Of a DNA stretch of 64,000 bases, positions 52,618-61,629 are shown in pieces. Both the position numbers and the translations under genes were made by a program. Each line of letters opens with the position of its first letter. Position 1 is the stretch's first letter. Source of the stretch: Methanobacteriota archaeon (GTDB taxonomy: Archaea; Thermoplasmatota; Thermoplasmata; Methanomassiliicoccales; UBA472); NCBI GenBank assembly GCA_021372315.1, contig JAJFUT010000109.1, positions 3,759-67,758 of the forward strand, written 5' to 3'. The notes under the pieces were generated by a model. It was given only the letters and a program-made list of their open reading frames with translations. It did not search any database and had not been told where the DNA came from.

Positions 52618-53418
52618 TCATGACCGGTCGGGGTGGTTAGGGCAGGACGGGTCGATGGCCAGTTCATATTCCTCGCTGGTGCCGAGCAGGCCGTTGTAGA
52701 ACATGACGTTCTTGATGCATCTTTCCTTCTGTCCGGACAGGACCTTCAACCCTTCCCTGACCTGAACGGCAGCGATGATGCTGGTGGTAGTGATCTCCGC
52801 GGCCAATTTCCTCTCATGGAACACAACATCCGCGCCCGTGCAGCTGTACCGTTTCTCCAGGACCTTGAAATGGCTGCGGTTCATCGAGCATTGGATGCAC
52901 GGCGTTGATGGAGGAAGGACGACATGGACCTTTCCAGAGAACCCGTCGGTGCCTCCGTCGATGAATGGGACGCCAGCGTAATAGGAATGGGAGTTCACAT
53001 GCAGCCTCGCCGATACGTTGTCCAGGCATCCGAAGACAAGGTCGTATTCCTTGAACGTCTTCCAGTCAAGCTCCTCGACCCTTCCCACATGCGATCCGAA
53101 CCTCGCTTCGGGGTTCAGCTCCGCAGCCCTCTTCGCGACCACCTCGGCCTTCATGGCCTTAACGTCAGCGTCCTCATCGCGAAAGAACACGCATCTGTTC
53201 AGGTTCGATCGGACCACGTGGTCCATGTCTATCAGGAGGATATCCCTGAAACCCGATAGCACAAGGTTCTTTACAAGCTCATTTCCGAGCGCCCCTGCCC
53301 CCACCACCACGCATCTGGACCTTTCTATCTTGTCGACGTCGAGCCAGCCGATCCTTCTGGACCTCTCTAGCCGGTCCTCTTCCAGATCCCCAGGTCTGAT
53401 GCTGTCCTTCTGGTCCAT
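52618..53418 (-). CDS. ThiF/MoeB/UBA-type E1-like adenylyltransferase
   Basis: 266 aa. VVVGAGALGNELVKNL, DMDHVVRSNLNRC, CLDNVSARL, PPSTPCIQC, candidate catalytic Cys in RYSCTGAD. Confidence 0.85.
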   Translation of the reverse strand: MDQKDSIRPGDLEEDRLERSRRIGWLDVDKIERSRCVVVGAGALGNELVKNLVLSGFRDILLIDMDHVVRSNLNRCVFFRDEDADVKAMKAEVVAKRAAELNPEARFGSHVGRVEELDWKTFKEYDLVFGCLDNVSARLHVNSHSYYAGVPFIDGGTDGFSGKVHVVLPPSTPCIQCSMNRSHFKVLEKRYSCTGADVVFHERKLAAEITTTSIIAAVQVREGLKVLSGQKERCIKNVMFYNGLLGTSEEYELAIDPSCPNHPDRS

Positions 53419-53524
53419 CCGCTCGTCCCCGTCATGTCAACAGCGGCAGGAGGTATGAAAGCTTCGCGCAGAATATCTCGGGAGAGAATCTGATCGAATT
53501 CCACCGCGAAAACCATCATCCCTT

Positions 53525-54076
53525 CTACATCGTGTGATCGATCAGTATCCTGATGCCGATCAGGATGAGGACAAGGCCACCCACGATCTTGACCCTCTCG
53601 CCGAACATCGTTCCAAGCCTTGTTCCGAACATGAACCCCGCCAGGCAGAACGCGAAGGTCACCGATCCGATGACCAGGACCGGAACGAAGATCGAGGTAT
53701 CCAGGAACGCGAAGCTGAGACCGACCATCAGCGCATCTATGCTCGTGGCGACGGCCAGTAGCAGTGCCGCGGTCAGCGTGACATCCCCATCGTCATCATC
53801 ATCGCCCCTGATCGAATCGTAGATCATCTTGCCACCGATGATCCCCAGGAGGATGAACGCGACCCAATGGTCTATCCCCATGATGAGGTCCTTGAACCCT
53901 TGACCGGCGAGCCAGCCGAGAACCGGCATCAATGCCTGGAATCCCCCGAACAGAGCTGCCAGCATGATCCCGGTCCTTCGCCTGTTCTTCTTTACGGTGA
54001 TCCCTTTGGCGATCGAAACAGCGAACGCATCCATGGCCAACCCGATCGCGATAAGAAGAATCGTCAATATGTCCAT
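53525..54076 (-). CDS. mntP: manganese efflux pump
   Basis: 183 aa. Internal repeat with GLAMDAFAVSIAKG and TSIDALMVGLSF. Confidence 0.9.
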   Translation of the reverse strand: MDILTILLIAIGLAMDAFAVSIAKGITVKKNRRRTGIMLAALFGGFQALMPVLGWLAGQGFKDLIMGIDHWVAFILLGIIGGKMIYDSIRGDDDDDGDVTLTAALLLAVATSIDALMVGLSFAFLDTSIFVPVLVIGSVTFAFCLAGFMFGTRLGTMFGERVKIVGGLVLILIGIRILIDHTM

Positions 54077-54212
54077 GGGCGCATCGATCCAATCTCCCCG
54101 AGCGATGGAACAGATATTTGACAGTTTTCATATCGAGGCTGGCATCGTCAATCGGCAGGAACTGCGATTCACGGTGGGTTGATCCTCTCGTCTAAGAAAT
54201 AACGGTTAGACC

Positions 54213-54635
54213 TCATCTCCAGATATCCGGAGGAATGTACAACGTCTGGTAGTAGGGATAGATCACCAGAGCGTCCAATAGCACCATGATCGCCAACGCC
54301 CAGAGAAATATCCAGCTGCCGAGAGCGACAAATACGCCCATAAGAACCGTCACGAACGTGATGAGGACGATCGCGAACTCGTTCGCGACAACCCAGCCAG
54401 ACCTGTCATGCGTCTGGGTCCTTTTTCCATATTGATTAATTCCAGTGCTGTGGAGGAACTCGTCGTCCTTATGGTTGTCCACATGGTAGGTCGAAAACAA
54501 AAAGTTAAAATTCTTTTTCCAGGGCAGGCGAGCTAACCCAGACCGATATTCTTTGTCAAGGAACTCGCCGCATTCGTTGCACCGGTCTTCCTCATCGAAC
54601 GAGGTCGAACCGCAACGCGTGCATTGCTTGTCCAT
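54213..54635 (-). CDS. hypothetical Zn-ribbon + two-TM protein
   Basis: 140 aa. CTRCGS...CNECGE, then C-terminal TM helices. Confidence 0.5.
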   Translation of the reverse strand: MDKQCTRCGSTSFDEEDRCNECGEFLDKEYRSGLARLPWKKNFNFLFSTYHVDNHKDDEFLHSTGINQYGKRTQTHDRSGWVVANEFAIVLITFVTVLMGVFVALGSWIFLWALAIMVLLDALVIYPYYQTLYIPPDIWR

Positions 54636-54858
54636 TCTCTTTCTTCCCCAATATCGTGCAATTACTTGCGAACAGCATAATTATCATTTCCCTTGGCGCA
54701 AGGTCAAGCGAGAATCCACCGTGATCCGGTCCTTCATCACGTCAAAGGCATGGATCGCACAAGGGTTCCATCTCACCAGAGCGAATGAGGATCGGCGATC
54801 CCAAACGGTAAAAAGCTTTTATTAAAGCCATAGCGTTCCACACCCCATCGGTATTCGC

Positions 54859-55977
54859 ATGAACGATTTCAAGGTCACTCCATGGGAGGTCACGGGCGAC
54901 ATCGATTATGACGAGCTAATCGTCCGTTTCGGTACGAAGAGGATCGACGAGGAGCTGCTCCAGCGTTTCGCTTCCTATGGCCCTATACACCCCCTTCTCA
55001 GGCGCGGGATCGTTTATTCGCAGAGGGACATGGAGTTCATACTTGACCAGTACGAGAAGGGCAACAAGTTCTTCCTGTACACTGGCCGAGGGCCGTCGGG
55101 ACACATACACTTAGGCCATCTGATGCCATGGATATTCACCAAGTACATCCAGGACACCTTCGGCGCGAACCTGTACTTCCAGATGACCGACGACGAGAAG
55201 TTCCTGTTCAACGACGACCTATCGCTGAAACAGACCAAGGACATGGCCTACGAGAACGCGCTCGACGTCATCGCCCTAGGGTTCGATCAGAGGAGGACGA
55301 AGATCATCGTGGACACGGAGCTCATCAAAACGCTGTACCCGATGGCACTCGAAGTGGCCAAGAGGGTGACGTTCAGCACGGCCAAGGCCGTGTTCGGATT
55401 CGGCAACGACAACAACATCGGCGAGATATTCTACACCAGCGTCCAGGCGGCCCCCTGCTTCATCGAGAAATCATTGTATGGCAAGTGCACGCCGTGCCTC
55501 ATTCCCTGCGGCATCGATCAGGACGCGCACTTCCGGGTCGCAAGGGACGTCGCCCCGGCCCTCGGGTGCCCGAAACCAGCTCTCCTTCACACCAAGATGT
55601 TCCCCGGACTGACAGGAGGCGACAAGATGTCGTCGTCCGTGCCTGGAAGCACGATCTATACGACCGACTCGCCCAAGGAAGTCAGGAAGAAGATCGGCAA
55701 CGCGTTCACTGGCGGGGCGGTCACGGTCGAGGAACAGCGCAAGGACGGCGGCAAGCCAGAGGTCTGCGCGGTGTTCAAGTACAATTTCTACCTCTTCGAG
55801 CCGAACGACAAGGCGGTCGATGATCTGGCCGAGAGATGCAGGAAGGGAGAGGTCCTATGCGGGGAATGCAAGAAATTGCTGAGCGAGAGGATAGTACAGT
55901 TCCTCGAAGTGCATCAGCAGAAGAGGGAAGAGGCGAAGGACAAGGTGCACGACTTCATGCTGAAGGAAGAATGCTGA
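54859..55977 (+). CDS. trpS: tryptophan--tRNA ligase (archaeal/eukaryotic type)
   Basis: 372 aa. GRGPSGHIHLGHL (HIGH), KMSSS (KMSKS). A TATA-like CTTTTATTAAAG lies ~30 nt upstream. Confidence 0.9.
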   Translation: MNDFKVTPWEVTGDIDYDELIVRFGTKRIDEELLQRFASYGPIHPLLRRGIVYSQRDMEFILDQYEKGNKFFLYTGRGPSGHIHLGHLMPWIFTKYIQDTFGANLYFQMTDDEKFLFNDDLSLKQTKDMAYENALDVIALGFDQRRTKIIVDTELIKTLYPMALEVAKRVTFSTAKAVFGFGNDNNIGEIFYTSVQAAPCFIEKSLYGKCTPCLIPCGIDQDAHFRVARDVAPALGCPKPALLHTKMFPGLTGGDKMSSSVPGSTIYTTDSPKEVRKKIGNAFTGGAVTVEEQRKDGGKPEVCAVFKYNFYLFEPNDKAVDDLAERCRKGEVLCGECKKLLSERIVQFLEVHQQKREEAKDKVHDFMLKEEC

Positions 55978-56366
55978 ACGTTATCGTCCCGATAGGGGTC
56001 GTCCGCAACGGGATCAGCGTTTCGCAGGATTTCAGCGAGGTCATCTCAGAGATCGAGATATTCGAAGAGTTCAAGGAAGGGCTCTTCCGCCTTGACGAAT
56101 CGAAGGAGATCGTCGTTCTCTTCGTATTCGACCGGAACATAGGCAAGGGGCACAAGAAGGTCCTCCATCCGAAGGGGGACGAGTCCATACCCGTCGTCGG
56201 CGTGTTCGCCTCCCGCTCGCCGTTCAGGCCGAACCCGATCGGCGTGACGACGGTCGAGCTCATCTCCGTCAGGGACAATGTGCTTACGGTGAAAGGACTG
56301 GACGCGTTCGACGGGACCCCGGTCATCGACATCAAGCCAGCAGAACGCAGGGACGGCGGTAGGTAG
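55971..56366 (+). CDS. trmO: TrmO/TsaA-family tRNA methyltransferase
   Basis: MLNVIVPIGVVRN..., RSPFRPNPIG, LDAFDGTPVIDIKP. Its ATG overlaps the trpS stop (ATGCTGA). Confidence 0.85.
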   Translation: MLNVIVPIGVVRNGISVSQDFSEVISEIEIFEEFKEGLFRLDESKEIVVLFVFDRNIGKGHKKVLHPKGDESIPVVGVFASRSPFRPNPIGVTTVELISVRDNVLTVKGLDAFDGTPVIDIKPAERRDGGR

Positions 56367-56394
56367 ATATATCGAGCAGTTTTTTCCCTGACAC

Positions 56395-57915
56395 ATGAAA
56401 GCCTCGCAGCTGTTGGAAGGGCTCAGCTATCCCGAGCGGAAGGTCCTCCTCACCCTGAACCAGTTGAACGGATCTGCAACCCCGGAGCAGATATTCGTCA
56501 CTGGAGGGTTCCAGCAGCAGGTAGAGGTCATGAACGCCTCCTCGTGGCTCCAATCCAAGGAACTGATCGAGGTCAGGGAGAGCGCGAAGAGGTGGTACTC
56601 CCTCAGGTCGAAGGCGGCGCTCGAGTCCGGGCTGCCTGAGCGGAAGGCGCTGGACTTCCTCGGCAAGAACGGCAACAGAGCCACGATCCCGCAGCTGGAG
56701 GAAGGGATCGGCAAGGCGGATTCGTCATTGGCCATCGGCTGGCTCAAGAGGAAGAACCTGGTCAGTTTCGAAAAGTCCGGTGGCCCGGCGTCCCTCGTGC
56801 TCAATGAGGCGGGGCTCAAGGCGCTAGACGGGGACATGCCGGACGAGGCCGTGTTAAAAACATTGGTCGAGAAGGACATCTGCGAGACCGACCTCGACAT
56901 GGCCATCATATCACAGCTCAAGACAAGGCAGGACCTCATCGTCGAGAAGCTGGTCATATCGCGGTCGTTCACCATCAGCGACCTAGGGAAGGAGGTCATC
57001 TCGCTCGGCATCGAGCTCAAGGAGGAGGTCGCGCAGCTCACTCCCGAGCTGATACAGACGGGGAAGTGGAAGGACGTCGCGCTCAGGAAGTACGACATTC
57101 AGACATTCGCCCCGGCCGAGTACGCGTCAAAGAAGCATCCGATAACAAGGATAGGCGATGAGATAAGGCGCATTTTCGTCCAGATGGGCTTCACCGAGAT
57201 CGAGGACGAGTACGTCCAGGCCGCGTTCTGGAACATGGACGCGCTTTTCACGCCTCAGGACCACCCGGCCCGAGACCAGCAGGACACCTTCTACGTGAAG
57301 GACCCGGCAAAGATGACGCTCGACGACGAGGCCGTCGTCGAAAGGGTAAAGGCCGTGCACGAGAACGGCGGCGAAACAGGCTCGCTCGGATGGCGCTGCA
57401 AGTGGTCCAGGGAGGAGGCCGAGAGGACCCTTCTCAGGACTCACACGACCGTCAACACGATCAGATACCTCGCGAAACATCCGGACCCCCCGGCGAAGAT
57501 CTTCAGCATCGGAAGGGTGTTCAGGAACGAATCGATCGACGCGACGCACCTGCCCGAGTTCACGCAGGTCGAGGGCATCATCACGGAGGAGGGGGCGAGC
57601 TTTGACATGCTCGTCAAGATCCTCAGGGACTTCTACAGCAAGATAGGGTTCGACATCATACGGTTCAGGCCAGGTCCGTTCCCTTACACCGAGCCCTCCC
57701 TTGAGATCGAAGTTTACTACAACGGAAAATGGATGGAGCTCGGCGGCGCAGGCGTGTTCAGGCCGGAGGTCGTCGGGCCGCTCGGAGTGAAGTACCCCGT
57801 GCTCGCGTGGGGCCTCGGATTCGAACGCCTTGCCATGCTCAGGTGGAACCTGAAGGACATCAGGGAACTTTACGCCACGGACATGGACACCCTCAGGTCG
57901 AGCCCGATATTCTGA
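56395..57915 (+). CDS. pheS: phenylalanine--tRNA ligase alpha subunit (archaeal long form)
   Basis: 506 aa. N-terminal wHTH repeats, then class II motifs FRNESIDATHLPEF, RFRPGPFPYTEPS, GAGVFRPEV, GLGFERLAM. Confidence 0.93.
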   Translation: MKASQLLEGLSYPERKVLLTLNQLNGSATPEQIFVTGGFQQQVEVMNASSWLQSKELIEVRESAKRWYSLRSKAALESGLPERKALDFLGKNGNRATIPQLEEGIGKADSSLAIGWLKRKNLVSFEKSGGPASLVLNEAGLKALDGDMPDEAVLKTLVEKDICETDLDMAIISQLKTRQDLIVEKLVISRSFTISDLGKEVISLGIELKEEVAQLTPELIQTGKWKDVALRKYDIQTFAPAEYASKKHPITRIGDEIRRIFVQMGFTEIEDEYVQAAFWNMDALFTPQDHPARDQQDTFYVKDPAKMTLDDEAVVERVKAVHENGGETGSLGWRCKWSREEAERTLLRTHTTVNTIRYLAKHPDPPAKIFSIGRVFRNESIDATHLPEFTQVEGIITEEGASFDMLVKILRDFYSKIGFDIIRFRPGPFPYTEPSLEIEVYYNGKWMELGGAGVFRPEVVGPLGVKYPVLAWGLGFERLAMLRWNLKDIRELYATDMDTLRSSPIF

Positions 57916-59176
57916 TCCCTGCCTTCGATGCGTGCTCCTTCGCCTTGTCGTTCATGCCTAGGGCGAGGTATGCCTTGCACATCGTCTCGTGAATGCATTT
58001 CTTGTCGCCCGAGCGGGCCATGCCGAGCGCCTTGCTCAGATACTTGACCGACTCGTTGGCGGACCCTTCGGCAAGGAGCGCCTTCCCCATGCGGTGGTAG
58101 ATCATCTCGATCGCGTCGGGGTCCTGCCTCACGAGCTCGTTCTGCATGAGCAGTTCGAGCCTGTTCCGCGCCTCCTTGTGCTGCCCGTTCATGCTCTCCG
58201 CCTCGGACATCGAGCATTCGAGGTCGATATCCAGCAGGTCGCCGCGCAGATCCGCTGCCCCTTTCAGGACCGTCAACGCCTCGACGGGTTTCCCGCCGTC
58301 CATGAGAACAGCCGCCTTCAGCCTGCAACCATCGATCTTCAGGTCGAGCTGGGGTGAAGATATCATCTCCTCGGAGACGTCCATGGCGACCTTGAGGTCG
58401 CCCACGCTCCTGGCGGTCTTTCCCCTGCAGGTCAGGACCTTCGGCCCGTACCTCTCCGAGGTCGTCGGGACCTTGAGCAAAAGGGACAGGAGGTCCGCGT
58501 CCTGGGCGCGGAGCAGTACGTGGTCCTTGTTCGCCACGAGCATCTCGGCCTCCTTCATCCTTCCGGCGTTGATCAGATGGTAGAGCCTCTCCCTATAATC
58601 GCCCTCTTTGAGCCAATAGTCGGCGGCGGAGGAATGGTATTCCCTCAGCGCGGACGGGTCGACCATCTTCTGTATCGAACTTTGGAGGTCGACGGGAATG
58701 TCTACCATCCCGATCTTATCCTCCGGAAGGAGAGAGATGGTGGTATCGGGCAGGTACGAGCGCTTGAACCTCTTCCTATAGACCGAGGCCATTCCCAGAA
58801 CTGGCCTGAACTCCTCGGCGGTCGCCTCCCACAGCTCCGGCCCTTTGCATCTCTTGAGGTCGAGGAGCGGGGCGATCTCGATGCCCTGGCTCTCGACGTA
58901 GTCCTTGAGGTTCTTCGCCCTCTTCTCACCTGATTCTGTCAGGTAGTAGACCTTCCTCTTCGTCGGACCCCGCTTTATGTGGGACATCCGTTCCACGACA
59001 TCCTCATGCTCCTTCAGCTTCTTCAGCTCTATCGCCGCATGCGCCCTGGAGATGCGTATCGCTTCCGCGATGCCGTCCTGGCTTACCTCTGGAGGCGCAT
59101 CGAAGCTGTCCAGGTATTTCGAGAACTGAGCCAGATGCAATACGATCCTTTCCCCGACCGTTACCGCGCTCACCAT
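57893..59176 (-). CDS. wHTH + TPR-repeat protein (putative regulator)
   Basis: 427 aa. N-terminal SQDGIAEAIRISRAHAAIELKKL...KRKVYYLTESG (wHTH-like), and a helical-repeat C-terminal half. It overlaps the pheS 3' end by 23 nt. Confidence 0.6.
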   Translation of the reverse strand: MVSAVTVGERIVLHLAQFSKYLDSFDAPPEVSQDGIAEAIRISRAHAAIELKKLKEHEDVVERMSHIKRGPTKRKVYYLTESGEKRAKNLKDYVESQGIEIAPLLDLKRCKGPELWEATAEEFRPVLGMASVYRKRFKRSYLPDTTISLLPEDKIGMVDIPVDLQSSIQKMVDPSALREYHSSAADYWLKEGDYRERLYHLINAGRMKEAEMLVANKDHVLLRAQDADLLSLLLKVPTTSERYGPKVLTCRGKTARSVGDLKVAMDVSEEMISSPQLDLKIDGCRLKAAVLMDGGKPVEALTVLKGAADLRGDLLDIDLECSMSEAESMNGQHKEARNRLELLMQNELVRQDPDAIEMIYHRMGKALLAEGSANESVKYLSKALGMARSGDKKCIHETMCKAYLALGMNDKAKEHASKAGIRISGST

Positions 59177-59298
59177 GTGAATCGCTTCTCCACCGCTCTT
59201 GCGATTAAATCGTAGATTGATTACACTTACGCTACCTTTCCCTTCTTTGATAATCGTCCGGCGAAAGGATTAACCCGTCCCATTCGATTCCCAGGGGT

Positions 59299-60129
59299 AT
59301 GAGATTGCTTCTGGCCAGCCTCCCTGATGCCGCTAGCGTGAACATCATGGAAAGGCTGCAGGAGGCTGCGGACTGGGAGGAGGTGGGGGACTTCCATGCC
59401 AAGCCCGTCCTCAGGAACGGGAGTTCCGTCATGACCAGCATGGACCTCCTTCATCTTTCCGCCGATGACGTCGACAAGGATCTCACATCGTCGACCGGGA
59501 TCGAGATCGAGGAGATCGTTTTCCTGTCCAAGCACAAGGCCGCGTCCGGAATCAGGACGCTGACCGTTCATCCGATAGGCAATTACGGCAAGGCCGAGTT
59601 CGGCGGTAGGGAGGGCGAGCTAGTCAAAAGCTCACCTTCGACCATGACGGGGCTGTTGAGGGGCCTGGCAACGAACTCGGCCGGTCTTCCGTTCAAAGTG
59701 TCCTACGAGGTCACGCACCACGGGCCTTGGCTGTCCACACCGTCCGTTTTCATCGAGATCGGCAGCGGGGAAGGGGATTGGGGGCATGAAGGGGCCGCGG
59801 CGGCGATCGCCAAGAGCATCTTGGAATTGCAAAGGGCCGAAGGTCCCGTCGTCGTCGGGATAGGCGGCGGCCATTACGCCCCACGGTTCACGGAGATCAG
59901 TTTCTCCAGGAAGGTGGCGTTCGGGCACATGATCCCAATTTATGCGATCGAGGAGGCGAGCGACGCATCGGCGACAGCGATGATGCTCAAGGCGACCAAG
60001 GCCAGCGGCACCGACATGATCTACGTCCATCGCAAGTCAATGTCCGGCGCAAAGGCGAAACGCTTGAAGGAGCTTGCCACATCGGCGGGGCTCCGAACGG
60101 TCGAGAGCGAGGACCTCGAGCCCCTTTGA
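59299..60129 (+). CDS. dtdA: D-aminoacyl-tRNA deacylase, archaeal DTD2 type
   Basis: 276 aa. FLSKHKAASG, TVHPIGNY, YEVTHHGP, VFIEIGS. Confidence 0.8.
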   Translation: MRLLLASLPDAASVNIMERLQEAADWEEVGDFHAKPVLRNGSSVMTSMDLLHLSADDVDKDLTSSTGIEIEEIVFLSKHKAASGIRTLTVHPIGNYGKAEFGGREGELVKSSPSTMTGLLRGLATNSAGLPFKVSYEVTHHGPWLSTPSVFIEIGSGEGDWGHEGAAAAIAKSILELQRAEGPVVVGIGGGHYAPRFTEISFSRKVAFGHMIPIYAIEEASDASATAMMLKATKASGTDMIYVHRKSMSGAKAKRLKELATSAGLRTVESEDLEPL

Positions 60130-60131
60130 GC

Positions 60132-60839
60132 TCAGCGTACCTCTTCCAGGTCTTCCTCTTCCTGATATCCGTCCTGCCCCTCGCCGGTGATGACCGCGCG
60201 GCATCTCGGGCATATCGGCGAATCGTCCGGTACGTCCTCGCCGCAGTTGTGGCATTCCACATAGGTAGGCTCGACGAAAACTCTTCTTCCGGGCCTTTCT
60301 GGCTTCGGGTATCTCTGTCTGCCTTCGGTCCTTGATGAATGGTGATCGCCCGCATGCTCCCTAGCGTCCAGGACGAACATCAATGCACCGACCCAGGAGA
60401 ACATCAGGCCGAACACGGCCAGGAACGGACCTGGACCGTAGGATGACGTTTCGTCGACGCTTAGATAATCGCCTTCCATGAGGACGAACGCCACTGCGAT
60501 GAAGACGATCATCACGATGTTGAAGGCGACGAGGGGCATAGCCCAAGGAATCTTCCTTTCCCTCGACCAGTTAGAACTTCTCAGCATTATCGCCGAGATC
60601 ATAGCGCAAACGAGGGCCAAAAGCTGAGCGATAAGGATCAGGAGGTACAGCCTGTCGGCGTCCACCATATCGAAGACGGAAAGCTCCCTGCCACCCACGT
60701 GGACCCACGCGGTCAGCGCCGAGGAGCCGATGACCGTGCCGCCTACCGCCCCTAAAAGCGTTCCCGCTTCCGTCAGGTCGTCGACGCCGCTCTTCTTCCT
60801 AAGTTCCTTCGGAAGCTTCCTCTTCCTCTTCCCATCCAT
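60132..60839 (-). CDS. hypothetical multi-TM protein with a C-terminal Zn-ribbon
   Basis: 235 aa with four or five TM helices. The tail is CHNCGEDVPDDSPICPRC. Confidence 0.5.
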   Translation of the reverse strand: MDGKRKRKLPKELRKKSGVDDLTEAGTLLGAVGGTVIGSSALTAWVHVGGRELSVFDMVDADRLYLLILIAQLLALVCAMISAIMLRSSNWSRERKIPWAMPLVAFNIVMIVFIAVAFVLMEGDYLSVDETSSYGPGPFLAVFGLMFSWVGALMFVLDAREHAGDHHSSRTEGRQRYPKPERPGRRVFVEPTYVECHNCGEDVPDDSPICPRCRAVITGEGQDGYQEEEDLEEVR

Positions 60840-60881
60840 CGTTACGAAGCATACGGGTGGGATGAATTAATGTTATCGGGC

Positions 60882-61565
60882 TCATTCGCCGACGAGGGTC
60901 CCTTCCACTTCCTGCCCGAGTATCGCCCTTTTCATCTCGGCTAGGTTCCTTCCGTTGATGATGTAGATCGGGATGCGCTTCCTCATTGCGATCTCCGCGC
61001 CGAGCTTGTCGAACACGTTCGACGGTCCTGCTCCATGCACGCCTACGTTGACGAGGGTGTGCAGCTCTTCGAACGTGATCCTCTTCAAGCGTTTCGCGTC
61101 CTTGAACTTCCTCGGGTCGGCCGAGTAGGCCGCGTCGACGGAGGTGGCATTGACGATCCTGGAGGCCTTGGCCTCCTCTGCGACCATCGCCGAAACGGCA
61201 TCGGTGGTGTGACCAGGCGCAGTGCCTCCCATAACGACGACCTTTCCCTTCGACGACACCTCTACAGCTTCCTTCGCAGTGGTCGGTATGTGGTCGACCG
61301 CAACGTCCCCGAGGGCCATCTGCAGCAGCCTCGCGTTGAGCCTCGTCGCCCCGATGCCAAGCTCATCCAGTTCCCAGACGGGCCTGCCCAGGTCCCTCGC
61401 GGTCGAGATGTAGTATCGCGCGACCTTGCCGCCTCCGCAGACGATGAAAATCCTCTTATCCCCGCACTGTTCCCTGATGAGGTCCGAGATCTCCCTCAGG
61501 AAGATGTGATCGTTATCGCCTGGAATGAGGATAGAACCTCCCAATGAAATGACAACTGTCTCCAT
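60882..61565 (-). CDS. pyrH: UMP kinase (archaeal type)
   Basis: METVVISLGGSIL, FIVCGGG, GGTAPGHTTDAVSA. The ATG at 61565 fits the spacing from the shared TATA-like CTTTAATAG. The ORF extends to 61577. Confidence 0.9.
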   Translation of the reverse strand: METVVISLGGSILIPGDNDHIFLREISDLIREQCGDKRIFIVCGGGKVARYYISTARDLGRPVWELDELGIGATRLNARLLQMALGDVAVDHIPTTAKEAVEVSSKGKVVVMGGTAPGHTTDAVSAMVAEEAKASRIVNATSVDAAYSADPRKFKDAKRLKRITFEELHTLVNVGVHGAGPSNVFDKLGAEIAMRKRIPIYIINGRNLAEMKRAILGQEVEGTLVGE

Positions 61566-61629
61566 GTGCCTCACCAATAGCTTTAATAGGGTAATCCTTA
61601 CTCCCTAAAAAACCATAAGGTTGAAAGAA

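Noticed and set aside
54077-54212. Possible yybP-ykoY-type manganese riboswitch upstream of mntP
   Set aside because: Only a short GGGGAG-like string is present. The conserved helices and loops of that bacterial riboswitch are not recognisable, and the class is not established in archaea.
54636-54858. 223-bp trpS upstream spacer with short inverted repeats (GTGAT...ATCAC; GGATCGC...GCGATCC) and the plus ORF 54553..54825
   Set aside because: There is no Trp-codon-rich mini-ORF and no recognisable RNA family. The ORF overlaps the Zn-ribbon gene in antisense and lacks motifs. I left it as a plain spacer with a TATA-like element near 54817.
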